Shown one piece after another: positions 39,901 through 52,559 of a stretch of DNA of 64,000 bases. Numbering within the stretch: the first letter of the stretch is position 1; each line of letters opens with the position of its first letter. The notes below the pieces were generated by a model. That model had not been told where the DNA came from, made no database searches, and saw only the letters and a list, made by a program, of their open reading frames with translations. The DNA is from Raillietiella orientalis (taxonomy: Eukaryota): positions 4,340,001 through 4,404,000 of the forward strand of contig JAYWIR010000008.1 of the NCBI GenBank assembly GCA_036172245.1, written 5' to 3'. A program made the translations under genes and the position numbers.

Positions 39901-40749
39901 AAGGTGGGGAACTTGAGGGGAGGAGGGAGGGAAGGAACGGGGCTACGCTACCGTAGGAGGACCTTGGCGATCGCCGGTGGCAGCAGCAGCAGCGACGCGC
40001 TCGCTTCCCGGCGAGCCGGTTCTCGCCGACCGGCGCGATCGACGACGACGGGTTTGGTGTTTCGGTCTCTCTTTAGAGGAAGGGAGGGGAAGGAAGGGAG
40101 AGGAACGGGTGGTGGGGAGGATGAGAAGACGCAGACTTCCCCTCCTCCTCCTCCCCCTTTCTACCCGCTTGCCTCCGCTCCTTTCGCAAGTCCGCCGCCT
40201 ACTCGCGCACGACCCGCACGGAAAGCGTGCGCTGCCCAGCGCCGCTCCACGCACCCCTCGGGAGCAGCGGCGGCAGCCAGCAACGCCCTTCTGGGTCGTT
40301 CGGCCGTTCCCGGCCCACTTCCTCCCTCCCTCCCTTCCCCTCCTCTGGGCTCGTTGGTCTCCAGTGGTCCTTGCTCCCAGCAGCGAAGTGCCGGAGACCC
40401 TTCCCTTGCTCTGCCTTGCCGAAGAGCTTGCTGACTCGCGTCAAGGAAGAACCCTGGGCACTGGGAGGTCGAAGACTCCGAGGAGGGGAGGGAATCCTCC
40501 CCCCCACACACCCTCCCCGGTGGAACGCGAAAGACTATTCCTGGAGTCCCTGTTTCGGCTTCCGCTGCCCTCTCCCCCCCCTCGCTAGACGAAGGAGATG
40601 AGGCCGAGGGATGCGTTCTGATCCCACCTCAGATGACGCTCCAGGAAGGACACCCAACTCTGCTGCGGCTCCTCGGGTTTGCCCTTCCCCGTCCCCGGGT
40701 GAGGGTAGGACTCTTTCAGGATGTCGCCGCATGAGGGGAGGAGTGAAGG

Positions 40750-41450
40750 GCATGTCCCGAGCGCCCCCTGTCTTCCCTGGCAGCCTCAGAACCTGCTTCC
40801 AAATCGGATGGTCAGCTGGGGGAATGAGGCCTGGAGTCAACAGGATGCGATGCCGCAGCTGATATCACCCGTCCGGTGCAGTGCGCCTCCCCTGCGCGTC
40901 CTCCTTTCGCTTCCGGAGGCTGAGCTCTGCGCTGATAGGGGTTCTGTGGATCCGCCCCCTTCCCCCCCCTTCTCCTAGATGCTGGAGAGCTCTTTCCATC
41001 CCTCCTCTTCGTCCTCCCCTTTCCTTTCGCTTCCACGCCCCCTCCTCCACCTCCACCAGCACGTTCCTTCGCGAACGGCACGGTGCGCCCGTCTAATTGT
41101 GCCGCACTCGCGATGGCAACCTTCGCTACCCCGTTGCCATGCCTCCCGCGCTTCTCTGACTCTTGCGTTCCCGAGACCTGCGGGGCCTCTCGTTGCCGCT
41201 CCGCTCTTCACGCGGCAGCGGTGCCGCCGCCGCCGCTGCGTGAAGCGCGGATACGGCCTCCTTTAAGCTTGGAGCATCGGGGGGTCGTCTCTGCCCTCTT
41301 CCTATTCCCCCCCCCCTCCCTGCATGAAAGAGACGCGTCGCAAGCAGCGGTTCCGGGAGCTGTCATCTGGCAGCTCGGAGCTGCAGAGCGCCTTAGGCGG
41401 TACGGCCGACCGGTCGGGTGTTTCGCCGGGCGCTCAACAGAGGCGCCACA
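40750..41450 (+). mobile_element. Degenerate LINE RT fossil
   Basis: LRTCFQIGW..., PPLRVLLSLPEAELCADR, ESSFHP, EHRGVVSALFLF, VGCFAGR in the order of RT motifs. Confidence 0.35.
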
Positions 41451-42110
41451 CCCTCTCTCGACGGTTGCCGCCCTCCCGCCCTGCTCGGGAGTGATCAAGG
41501 GAGAAGAGCGCTGAGGGACACAGACAACCGAGAGAGTCCATCCTCATCCTCTCCTGCAGATCTGCACTTCCCTCTGTGGAGCGCGCCCTACCAAGGGGTA
41601 AATACTCGCTGTTTGAGATCCCACAGAAGAAATGAGGAAATGGAGGAAGGGTAGGAAAAGGAATGAAAGGGAGAGAAGAAACTGAACCACAGATGGACAG
41701 GATGGCCTCGCAACGACCAGCCACTGCCGAATCGCGGCGGCAGGCGATCCCGGTCGTTTTCCACGTCAACAGAACGCGGGGCGGAGACGGGAGCGGCCAG
41801 GACAGAGCAGGGAACGGAGCAAAGAGATTGTCCGGAGAGCAGCAGCTGCTTGGCCGATGGCCGGAGGAGCCGCGTCTTCCTCGGAGCTGCTGCTCCCGGC
41901 TAAACGGAAGAAGCGGTGGCCGGTGGGGAGCGGAGGCTGCGAAGCGAGGAGTCACCTCATGCGCCTCCGGGGTTCTCTAAGAGCGCGCAGCCGCCTGCGG
42001 TTGCCGCGCGGGAGCGCTGGCTCCCCCCCCCCTTTCCTCCAACCTTCCCACTCATCTCCGCGCATCGCCCTCGCTCTGCTGGTAAGCGGGTTGCCGTGAC
42101 ATCGCCGCCG

Positions 42111-43986
42111 TCACCGCGGAAGCGTCTCGGTCCCCGGAGTCACGTGACCGCCGCAGCAAGGCGCTTGCCTCGGGATCAGCTCAGCCCGCCGCAGCGCCAC
42201 GCACCCCCTCCACCGGTGCACCGCTCGTTCTGACCGCGGGGCGATCGTCATCTCACGGGGCGATGAGCTTCCATGCAGCCCGCGATCGACGCCCCTCAGA
42301 GAGCGCTCGCGCAGGTGACTCCACGAAAATCCCGCTCTCGGCGCCTGAGGGATCTCCGCGGATCCGCTTTGCTCGGCAGTCGCTCGGTGTCTCCAACGCT
42401 TGCATCGAGCGCTCCTGAGCGGCATCCGCGCCCCGCATCGCAGCAGAGAGCAACCCGTCGCCTGCAGCACATCCAAGCCACCCCGTGGCCTATCTGTCCA
42501 CGGGCCCCTTTTCCCTCGTGCGGGCAGATCCGGGACGCACTCGTCCCCGCCGGACGAAGAAGATGCAGGAGAGAGATGCGGTCCGATCTCCACTCGGGTG
42601 GACTCTCCCGGAGTAACGCCCCAACCTCTTGCAGAGTCTCTCGCCAAAACAGCACGGGGGGCGGTGGCGGTGGGTACGGAAAGGCATGCTCTGGTCCGAG
42701 CGGGGGTCGACTCGGTTGCGGAAACGGCGGATGTCGGGGACAAAGGGAGGACGCTCTTCCGCTTCCCCCTATCATCTCCTGCCTCCTTACCGCCGAGGTA
42801 TTCCTCCATGGATGCTCCCCGGGAAAGCTCTGTTGAGAGTGGGTTGCTTCCCCTTCTCTGGGACTGGAAAGCGGAATCCTCGAAAACTGGGAAAAAAGGG
42901 AAGGGACTCCACGTTCCTACGCAGGGGGAAGACAGGCGAAAACGCCGCCAACTAGTAGAGAGAAGAAGGGAACTGTCGGAGAGAACCTGAGCGCTCCTCC
43001 TCCGCAGGGGCCCCGAGGGCTACAAAGAAGCGAGAAGAGAGAATAAGGAAGACCGGGGCCGAGAGCACCCACGCCCAGGTCCTGAGGCAGGGCAAGGGGC
43101 CCTGTTGGTACATCTGAGGTACCGGGCAGGGAGACCGCATGCTGGCAGCCGCGAGCCCGACAAGGAATTCGCTGAAAGCGCGTGGACACCTCGTGAACAC
43201 CCTTGAACCTGGTCAGGGAGAAGAGGTGGCTCTTCTCCCTGACCGTGATCCCCAGCACCACCCCCGCGCTTCGGCCGGAATCGGGAGGATTGATCCAGGT
43301 AGGAGGAATGGAATAGAGAGAATTTCCCTAGAGCGAGGCGGAAACTTCCTGAGCTCCAGGCACCCTCCCTTTCTTTCCTCCGGCTGCAGATGGACGGGGC
43401 AGGGACAGAGCTCAGAGTCTCCCAGATGACTCTCTCCCTGGATTTCCACAGCCTCCCAACTCCTTTCCTCATTCTTCGATAGCTCCTCAGGGAACTCCCC
43501 TGCGGAGACCAGCCGTTGCCGAACTCGCCTCTGGACGAGGAGCGAAAAGTCGTCGAGGTGCACCAAGTCCGACCGGGTCGCTCCACCTCTCATTTTTCCG
43601 ATGGTGTTTTTTTTTCCCCCTTCCTTCCTCACTGGACCAGGTGGACAGCAGCGAGCGGCAGCGATCCTCCTGCACTCGGATGACTTCCCTCGTCGTCGCC
43701 AAAGCCCCCTCAGCATCTTCTGGAGCGGGAAGCTCCTTCTCTCTGAAGAGGATTTTGGACCATCCCGGTGATGCATACGAACAGAGATATCAGGGGAGCA
43801 GCTGCGCTGCCTCGGAGGACAGCCACTGATTCGTCCTAAACAGAATGAGGAAGCAGAAAAGGGGAGGAAGGGAGGAGAAGGCGTGATATTCGCACCTCTG
43901 TCTCCTCTTCTTCCTCCACGGTAGCCCCTTCCTCCCATTAAACTCAACGGATGTGCGGCGGCGTATCCCTTGACGTTCTTGAGCAT
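42111..43986 (-). mobile_element. Degenerate Ty3/gypsy LTR-retrotransposon pol fossil (RT - RNase H - integrase)
   Basis: ORF 43213-43986: ISVRMHHRDGPKSS...FPLQKMLRGL (QI....D..KTAF...MPFGL), LVHLDDF (VYLDD), VRQRLVSAG, VEIQG, LELRKF. Then DLGVGAL (DAS..GVGAVL), LFWRETLQEVGALLRES (YWP.M..DV...V..C), RGPWTD, LHGSSSPREM (HG.P..I). Order is that of gypsy. No LTRs identified. Confidence 0.55.
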
Positions 43987-45129
43987 CGCAGACGGGCTTC
44001 AAGGAAGGCGCGGGACATCCTACAGATGTCTCCGCGCACCCTGCTTCCCCTTCTTCCAGATCCCGGAAGCAGCAGCACTCGGTTCTCATGTGGGTACATA
44101 TATTATTTATTTTTCATTTTACTTATTTCTTTACGCCCTCATCACCGTTCCATCTTCCCGCTCTTCCAGGCTCCTGACCTGCACTCGCCACCTCCGCCGC
44201 CTCTGCAACATCGTTTTGATAGAGGAGTTGGCGGGCAGCAGCGCATACATGAAGTGTCCTCTGCGACCTCTCACGAGATGCAAACCAGCAGCCAGCTGAG
44301 TCGGCGCCGAAGTCCTTGGCGCGAGGTCTGTGAAGCGAAGGCGGCAACGGTAGCTGCTGGACCGAACGGCTCAGCCGTCGCTCTCTGTCGCTATCCTCCA
44401 GGCCTCCCGGAAAAACGCCCTCTCCCCTGAGAAAGGCTGCCCCTCCGGGTTTCGCGGCCCCGTAGCCCCTCCCTACTGCTGGAGCTGCCTGGCCCGGAGC
44501 ACACGCAAACGCACGGCCGACACACGCGCGCCGAGACGGACACCGGCGGCGCGCCTGCTCCCCCTCGCGGCACCGCCCGCGGCTGCCGGACGGGGCTGCG
44601 TCGCGAACCGCCAACGCTTCGTGGGAGACCGCGGGCACACGAAGTGACATGCAAGAAGACCAACGCTGGAGAGCGACTTGCCCTCCGTCCGACCGCTGCC
44701 GTAACTTGTGGTGGCCCCATGGGCGGACACCGCCGGCCTCCAAAGACAGAGGCATCTCCGCACGCCCGCTGGCAGAGGGCCAGGCGATCGAATGCGTCTT
44801 CGCTACCCTCAGTCCTTATGCGGTTGCCTACAGTCCGTCCGGCCTTGCTCCCTGGACATCGCTCCATGGCGCGAGCAACGCGGCCGTGGCTGCCCTGGAG
44901 CAGCCTCGCTGAGGGGGGGAACCGGAGTCCCTTCCCATCCCATCCCAGTCCGTCAGTTTGAAGTGAATTCCCTAGCTTTCAAGAGGAGGGGGTCTGCCTG
45001 CCATCTGCCGACGGGAAACGAAAGATTTCGAGCGGCAATGGGGACAGCGCTGGGGAGAGGACGGAGGAAATCCAATCCATCGATAAATGAATGCAGGCTG
45101 GGAAGGGTCATCCCTGCTATGATGGTGGC

Positions 45130-46175
45130 GACTCCCCTAGGGCTGAGTAGGGAGGGGCGGACAGGGTGCTGTGGGCGGTCACCCTTATTCTGAGCGCAGT
45201 TGTCCCGAGGCTCCCTTCCACGCCTGTTTCCAGTTCGGGGCGCTTGGTCGCACCTTCCCGCGAGGGCAATCGCAAACGGCTCCCTCAGAGGGTGGCCGCC
45301 CTCTTTCGTCTTGCGAGGTGGCGCTGCGGGGTCGGCGCCGGAGCCACCCGGCAGGCCTGCCCTGGTGCTATCCGATGGAAGGACCGAGACCGGACAGGAA
45401 GGAGGGTGGGGAAGGTGCAGGAGAGGTTGGGAGGGTGATGGTGGTAGTGGTGGTGGAGGAGGAGGAATGAAGGAGAAGGATGGCGCGATTCCCGTGCATC
45501 CTGACCACTTCTTCTCCCGCAGGATGCAGAAGATGCTCAGTTAGCAAAAAGCAGGTGCCACGCTTCGTAGTAGGAGAGCTCCAGCCCTGATGCGGCCTCT
45601 GGAGTTTGCATCAGGACATCCCAGCAGCACGCGCTTCCCACGAACGCGTGGAGGTGCCCCTCGTTCCGTAGGGAGCAACCTTGCTGGAGGTGCGCCACCA
45701 GCAAAATGGCTGTGTGCCGATGGTGCAGGGGAAGGATGGACGATCAGGGAACCAGCGATCTCGAGGTATCCCAGAGGAATCCCGATGAAGATCTCGCCGC
45801 CTCTGTGACACGTCTGGAGGAGTCTTCGGGTGCAGGGCTGTTGACCGCAGGGCGATGAAGTCTGTGGCCAGCCTCTCGAAATCTGGTCATTGTCCTCTCA
45901 CGCTGCAAAAGGAATCGTAGGACGTCGATCTGCTACTAACTGCGGCGAACCCCGATGAACCCCGTGGTTTCGTTCCAAATGATGGGAGCACCCGATGAAC
46001 CCTCAGGGATCGGCGATTTCACGGGGATCGATGGGGCAAGACAATGATGACGATAATTCGGGATGATCACACTGAGCAGGGCGGTGCCTTCATCACTATT
46101 TCCTTCGCGAATCAGCGCTGAGTACTTACAGCGCTCTCTGCCTCTCCTCGAAGTCCGGCGGACGAGCTCTTCCAC
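45130..46175 (-). mobile_element. Degenerate L1/Tx1-like LINE RT fossil
   Basis: PNYRHHCL...VK...ETTGFIGVRRS; LQQGCSL (about 45670-45690); HLLFAN* (about 45537-45557; cf. HLLFADD); WKG...RVTAHSTLSAPPY (WKG..L...R.TL..S.L.A.P.Y). Confidence 0.6.
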
Positions 46176-46849
46176 GACAGAAAATCCACGAAACCACGGG
46201 AATTGCCCCTTGCTCCAAGTGTCGCTTCTGCCTCGAAGAGATCTCTGCCTCCTCTACCTCTTCCAAAAGAAGGATGACCACCAGCGACGACTCCAGCAGC
46301 GCCCAAGCATTTTTACCTTGTCACTCCTGATCTTTTCTTGTAAAAGCAAACGAATTTGAACAATGAATCACTCGACAAAGGTGTGTGTGCTCTGGCCCCA
46401 GGACAAGGCCACCAATTCCGCATGTTTTGGAGGGGTCCTCTGCTGGGAAGCAGCTGCTGGAATAGGTCCACTCAGAAAAATTAGGAGGAGGAGAAACAAA
46501 CAAAAAAAAGTCAAAAAATATGAAACAAAAAATGTTTTAAGATGTTGGGGATTGGAGAGAAGGAAAGGAGGGGTTACAGATTGCTCTCTGGTGGACTTGC
46601 GTCCCCTCAGGGATGCCGACTAGATCCTCCCGGCTGTGCCTCAGGTGAGACCATCTTGCCGCGATCCTCAGGAACGAGAAGACGAGGGAGGTGACTTCCC
46701 TGCTGCTCCCGCCTTTCCGTCGTCGGGGCTTCTGGCCACTGAGACCCCGCGGACGCAGCTCCAAACTGCGGTCGTCGTTGCGGGCGACATCCTGCCAGGC
46801 ACGAAGAGGTGTCTGAATGAGGCCCTTGGGTAAAGCTTGACGCGTCCAA

Positions 46850-47840
46850 GCATCTCTTTCTGGCAAGTTTCAGGAACGTGGTCAAAGTTCCACACGCACA
46901 GGGCGTGAAGAGGAACACGAAAAGAAGGCTCTTCGGATAGGTTTTCCTTTCACTCTGGAGCCGCACTTTCCCTGGTCCAGAGTGGAGACTAGGTTGCATG
47001 GGATGACTCATTGCCGCACCGAGTCCCGCCGCTTCGAAGGGATCACGGAGCTGTCGAAGAACACCAAGGGAACCTCCGCTTCCTCTAACGGAATTCTGAG
47101 GGGATCTACCCAGCGGAGAAGTCCTTTGGGGAGGGCGATGAGGGGCGGAGCGTCGTCCAGCATCCTGGTAGTTTCTTTTTCCCTGCTATCTCGCAGTTTA
47201 TTTCCCATCTTAGGAGCTGCTGACCTTCCTGGCTATCCCGTAGGGACGACAGAGTCGCAGCGAAAGAGGTTTGCTGGGACCATCATCTCCTTTGCTGAAG
47301 GAGATGATGGACAGCAGTCCATCATCTCCTTCAGCGATCAACGAGCGTAAATGGAGTGCCACAGGCGTTGCTTCTCTTCTAGGCTCGTGTCACTGAGAGT
47401 GAAGGACGCTTTGCCGCGAATGGGGGGCAGCAGTGCGCCGGATTCGCGTCATTCCCCTCCGGGAAAGGGGAGGGGGCCGGTCGCCGGTCGGCGCTGTCAT
47501 TTTCTCGTGCCGCTGATCTTCGCCCATGTCTGGGCTGTTTCCTGTTTCCAAGTATCATAGTTCGCCGCGCCGAGCAGGAGATCCAAGCGTGGTCCTGGGC
47601 CGAGGCAACCATCCGCCGAAGCTGGCAATCGCATTGCGGCAGTCTTCGGTGACTGCAAACGAGGCACGAAGCGATCCCTCAGAGCCAGCTGCTCGTTTGG
47701 CCAGGATCGAGGCCGGAGCGCACCAGCGGGTGCTCCAGAACTTCGCTGCCACGGCTGCTCTTCGGTAATGGAGCTGATGCTCCCTCCTTTCCAGCATCAG
47801 GGTGGAGCTGATGTCCTCCGTCCCGACGCGTCCAAGCAAG
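46850..47840 (-). mobile_element. Degenerate RTE-like LINE RT fossil
   Basis: LHYRRAAV...SILAKR...ASF; LDLLLGAANYDT; SPFPEG...HCCPP; LFRCDSVV; SLGV; TPCACGTLT...KRCLDA in RT and post-RT order. Confidence 0.4.
47280..47335. repeat. Three-armed inverted repeat (A - revcomp A - A)
   Basis: ccatcatctcctt (47280-92); gctgaaggagatgatggac (47294-312); loop agca; gtccatcatctccttcagc (47317-335). Arms 2 and 3 form a perfect 19-bp stem; arms 1 and 2 a 13-bp stem. Confidence 0.9.
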
Positions 47841-48065
47841 GCGCACCTCTTTCTCTACGCTGAGGTTCCCTCCGAAAGGAGACGAGTCAGAACAGAGTAG
47901 CTGGCAATCCGGTCTAGGAAGGCGCGGACGCCGATGCCGACGTGTGGCAGTTTCAAGGGAGCGCGCGGGTCCCGTGGAGTCCCCATCTCCCGCCTAAGGC
48001 GACCTAGAGCAGAGGCGCATCCCCCACGCTGCTCTCTCCCTTACTGCGCATTGTAAAGAGGTTTC

Positions 48066-48750
48066 TTGAGCTCGTTCCCCGCAGCTGCTGTTTCGCGCTG
48101 GGTATCGTGCTGGACATGCTCTGGCCCCATGTCGGCCCCCTTCGTCATCCGTCTCCCGCCCGTTCGCCAACGCCTGAACGGCTCCTTTCGCGCTCTCCCG
48201 GTTTCTTGGTGTCTTCCCTTGACCGAGTCGCTCCCAGCTTCGAGAGAACGCCCGCGCTGTGCCATCTTGGTCACTGCGAAACGTTGCGTTCCTCCACTTG
48301 CATGACACAGGTAAGTGCCATCTAGCCTGTCGATCACAAACCACTACTCGCGAGCGCCGCCTCATTCCCGTGCGGTTCCGCGTGCGCTTTTCTTCGACTG
48401 TCGGGGTAGATCTTCGAGTCTTGGACGGAAAAGGCGACGGTTACCACTCCTCCTCATTGCTGCTTCCTCTGAAAGGAACCCAAAATGTCATCGGCCTTCC
48501 TTCGGACTGTGAAAACAGCAAGAACTTCGCCTCGAGAGGAAACAACTGGAGGTGGCAGTGGCTGCCCGGGCAGCATTCTTCACGGAAATTCGGTAACCAA
48601 CAACAAGAACGAGGGATCAGGAGGTTTCCTATGGCGCCACAAAGGTTCCTCCACTGAGGTTCTCTATGGCTCTGGATGGTCGTCGGTGCTGGGGTGGTGC
48701 CCCGCCTCACAAAGTGACACAATGCAGTCCCATCGAAACCAACATCGAAG
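48066..48750 (+). mobile_element. Degenerate RNase H-bearing LINE (I/R1 group) 3' fossil
   Basis: PVRQRLNGSFRALPV (R.ITGAFRTTP), HLHDTGK (YTDGS), VIGLPSDC (I.SDS), WQWLPGQHSSRKFGNQQQE (WVPGH.GI.GNE.AD), then WCPASQSDTMQSH. Confidence 0.55.
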
Positions 48751-49539
48751 AAAAAAAAGAAGGGAAAGCAAACAGACTAAGATGCTGGGAGACTCGAAGA
48801 TGCCGCTCAGCCACGCCGTGTCAGGTGCGCCCTCCGCCGGTGACGAGAGCTAGCAAAGTAGACGAAGATCCCCCCCCCCCTTCCCTCCTTCCTCCTTCCC
48901 CCAAAAAAAGAAAAAGAAAACGAAAACAGACGGCTGCAGGGAAGAGGATGTTGGCCGCTGCTGTCTTTGCGTTTTTCAGCGATCCGCGACCGTGAGCGGA
49001 GGAATTGAATGGGCGGCGCACTGAGGCCCGCACCACGCGGAGGAAGATCAGTCCATCCTCCGGCATGAGTGCAACCGTGTCTTCCGGAAGATCCTGGAGA
49101 GCGCTGAACGAGGGAGAGCTCCCGGGTGGAAGACGAAACGGATGGCGTTGGCGTCAGCACCGCGGGCTGGAAGTCGGGTGGCGGCGAGACGTCCGGACTC
49201 TGGGAGAATGAAGGAGGTGTGCCTACGGGAAGAGGGAAGGGGAGAGGAACCCCTCCTCTTCCGGAGACCTCGGGCTCGGACATCGGACTGGACTGTCTAA
49301 GGGAGCAAGGTGGGAAGGGTCCGACTCCTCCGAATCGACGGCATGGCTGACGGGTGGAAGGCAGACAGGGCGACCCGTCCGCACCAACCTAGTCCGGAGC
49401 GGCGAAGCTCCTCCCGTCGGGCACCGGCATCCGGCCACAGCTCGACCCAGAGTCCCCCCTCGCCTTCGGGCGGCTTTCTCCGAGACCCTCTTGGGCGAAG
49501 CACGGGGGCGAGCGCCTTGTGTTCTCCGCGCTGCAGACA

Positions 49540-51100
49540 TCACCACGTCGGCTGCCACGGAGATCCGGAAGAGCGAGGCGTTCTGGGAAGACCTCAGGAC
49601 CAGCTCGCTTGCTCGAAGGAGAAGGTTGAACACCAAGGGACGCGGGCGGGATAGCGCGGGTGTGGGGAAGACGTTCCCTTCTCCTCCCTTCTCTCCCATG
49701 CCAAATCGAGGGCGGGGGAAGAGATTTTGGAAAGGTTTACCTGCTTGCAGGGCGCTGATGGGGAGGGGGAAGTGGTGAGGCGTGGCGACCCCTGTGACCT
49801 GGATCGACCCCCGACCGGCGCGCGTTTACAAGCGAGCGACGACAGAGGATGGACCACGTGCGCACCCGGCGATGCGGGAGGATGGGTGAGGGTCCGCGCG
49901 GACTTCCCTCAGGTTCCCACGGAGTCTGAGTCCCACTCATAGAGCAAGGAGAGAGAGGTTCTGAAAAAAGGGAAGGACGATCAGCCCGTTCCGTTGCCCC
50001 TGGCTCAATCTTCCCAGGTTCTTCAGGGTGGTTCAAGAAGGGCCGAGGAAGAAGCAGGTGCCCCCCGCTGCGGGCTGCTTGGCCGTTCTGGGGAACTACC
50101 CGATCATCTCTACCTTCCGGAACCGCCGTCTCCCCCCGGGAGAGGCCTGTTTTCACAGACGTCCCCCCCCTTCCGAGCGGGCCGAACAGCCCTTCCGCTC
50201 CCTCTCTCCCACCACCCATCCCGCAGCTGCGCCAACAAATCGAGGGGGGCACTTCCCCCCCTTCCCTCTCCCCTGGATCAGAATGGGGGCAAGAGGCCAA
50301 GGAGGACGCCTCGAGGTCCCTTCTCGTGGACCTGCGCTGGAGAAAGGACCGATCTCCAGGAAAACAACGTGAGGGTGGTCGGCGAAAGCTCTCGCAGCAA
50401 GATGTCGTCTCAGGACGGAGAGGACTTGGGGTGGGGTGGAGACGGACGGCGTGAGCGTGACGCCTCAAGGTCCACGCGGGGGATGAACTGCGGTCTTCCC
50501 GATGATTCCTGGATGGAGGAGCCCAGGGGATTTTCTTATGAATCCGTGGGGTCCCGGTGATTACCCAGGGCCTCACTCGTTTGCTCCGCTGCCTTGCCTT
50601 CTGCAGCCCTTTTCGGGTCCTCAAGAGGAAGAGGGAGAAACGCAGGCTCGGTCTTCCTTCCCTTGCAATGGGGAGGGCTGGGGAAGGAGGCAACGTGGCG
50701 CACGTGGGGATCGTCCGGAAGTGGTCCCTGCAGGGGCGCTCTCTCGGAATCCGGGGAGCAGCGACGCGGCCGAGAGGTCACCGAAGATGCGACCGCGTGG
50801 AAGATATTGCACCTCCACCGTCGGTCTCCCTTGGTTCCCTTGGAAACGATGCCACCAAAGCCGCCGCCGAGAAAGGGTCGGCTTGAGAGCCACCGCCTCT
50901 GCAGAGGCCGCGGTCACGGGCGAAGACTCTCCGGAAAGGCCTCTGGTCATTCCCCCCTTCAATCTCCGCAAAATGACGACGCGCCGCCCACCCACACACG
51001 CGCGATGTGGGACCCGAACCGGGAAGAATCCGGGATCAGCCTCAGCATCTCGGATCCGGATTCTACACTTTCACAAGCGCAGCTTTCAAGAAATTCTCCT
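49540..51100 (+). mobile_element. Degenerate LINE ORF2 fossil (linker and RT)
   Basis: EIRKSEAFW, CAPGDAG, GNYPIIS, EQPFRSLSPTTH, LDQ, NVRVVGESS, CGLPDDS, CLAFCS, RKWSL, QHLGS in RT order. Confidence 0.45.
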
Positions 51101-52559
51101 GGGGATGGAGGGGAGGAGGAGGGGGGAGAGGAAGGGTGGAGACGCGCGACAGGACGGTCCCGAGCACGAAGCGAGACTCATGGGAGAAAAGCGCGCGCAG
51201 GAGTGGGCGGCAGACGCTCCGCCAGCTGCATCCCGGCCATCTCCCAATCGACGGCGGCAGGCAGTCAGAGAAGGAAAGGACCAAAAAAAGGGGCTCAGGG
51301 AAGACACTTCTGTTCTTCCCCCCACCCATTCCTCAGATTCACTCCCCCTAGATCTTCCGGTCAGGTCGGCACGGAGCTCCAGGTGGGCTCACTTGGCCGA
51401 GAAAGCGTGGGATTCCCTCTTCTGCCTTCAGGGAGCACGCGACGCTTCCGTCTCCTGGCAGAAATGAGAGGCAGCGGCTCGCTTGTTGCCGTGGGCGACT
51501 CTCTGCTCCTTGATTCGGGTAGCCGTTTGCGCGGGTGGGCTCCTTTCACCCTCTCCGATGCACCGCCGCCGCTACGCTGTTGGAGAGGAAGAACGGGGGA
51601 AGGAGAGGAGCAGGAAGGAAACGGTCCGGTAGCCACGGAAACGAACGAGGGCGAGTGTGTGCGCACGCACTTGTTCCCATGTTGCAGCCTCCTCCTCCTC
51701 CTCAGCATCATCATCAGCACGCCCATGGAGATCCGGCCGGATAGCCACCGGCTGCGCGCATGGCGAAGTTCAAGGCCGACAGCGGACGAGAACGGGGAAG
51801 CTGCCCTCACGCGTCGTCTGCTGAGAGACGGGAGGAAGAGGAAGGAAGGAGGTAAGGGGGATGCTCATACTGTGGATGGCAGCAAGACGCCGCAAGTTGC
51901 TCCTTCTCCGTTGCAGCGTCCTTCTTGCTGAGGCGATTGCTTTCCAGGGAAGAGACAGGGCCAGGGATGACAGGAGGAAGGGAGGAGGAAGGAGTAGAAT
52001 CATTGGCTGTGGGTGGACCGGCCTCGGAGGCTCTCGGAGTGCCCGCCGCGTTTCGGACGGCACTCGTGGGTTGCGGAGCCTCTGCTGCCTCGGCAACCCA
52101 CGTTCAGGAGTCTCCTTGACAACGAAGCGCAGCACTACTTGCGTCACCACCCCATCCCGTCAAGGTGCTCAGAGGCTGAGCCAGCGGCGCCTCTGTCAGC
52201 TCCGACGCGACCCGCGCTTTCTTTCCTCCGTTTTCTGACGTCATGCTGCGGCCTCTTTCCTTGCGAGGGAGCGGCTCGGCCCGATCGCTATAGTCCGGGC
52301 GGAAGAAGCCCCAGGGGCTGCAATTCTCCCTCGGGATGCAGCAGCGCGCAGATCGATTTGCCAGCCCGTCGGTGAGGGCCAGGGCCGTCAGTTTTCGTCC
52401 GCAGGGAAGGGGGAGGAATCTTCCCGCTCCCACCCCCTTCCTCTTTTCAGAGGGTACTGCGCGTGGCTGACACCTCGGCGGCGGCCGCTCTGCACGAGCT
52501 TCGGCATCCACCGAGCGCGCGCGTGCGCTCTTCAAAAATCCCCTCGGACCTCCCACCAT

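Noticed and set aside
50502..51931. Long ORFs of 321 and 445 aa as protein-coding genes
   Set aside because: Arg/Gly/Pro/Ser-biased, overlapping in several frames and without a domain; expected at this GC content and partly overlapping an RT fossil.
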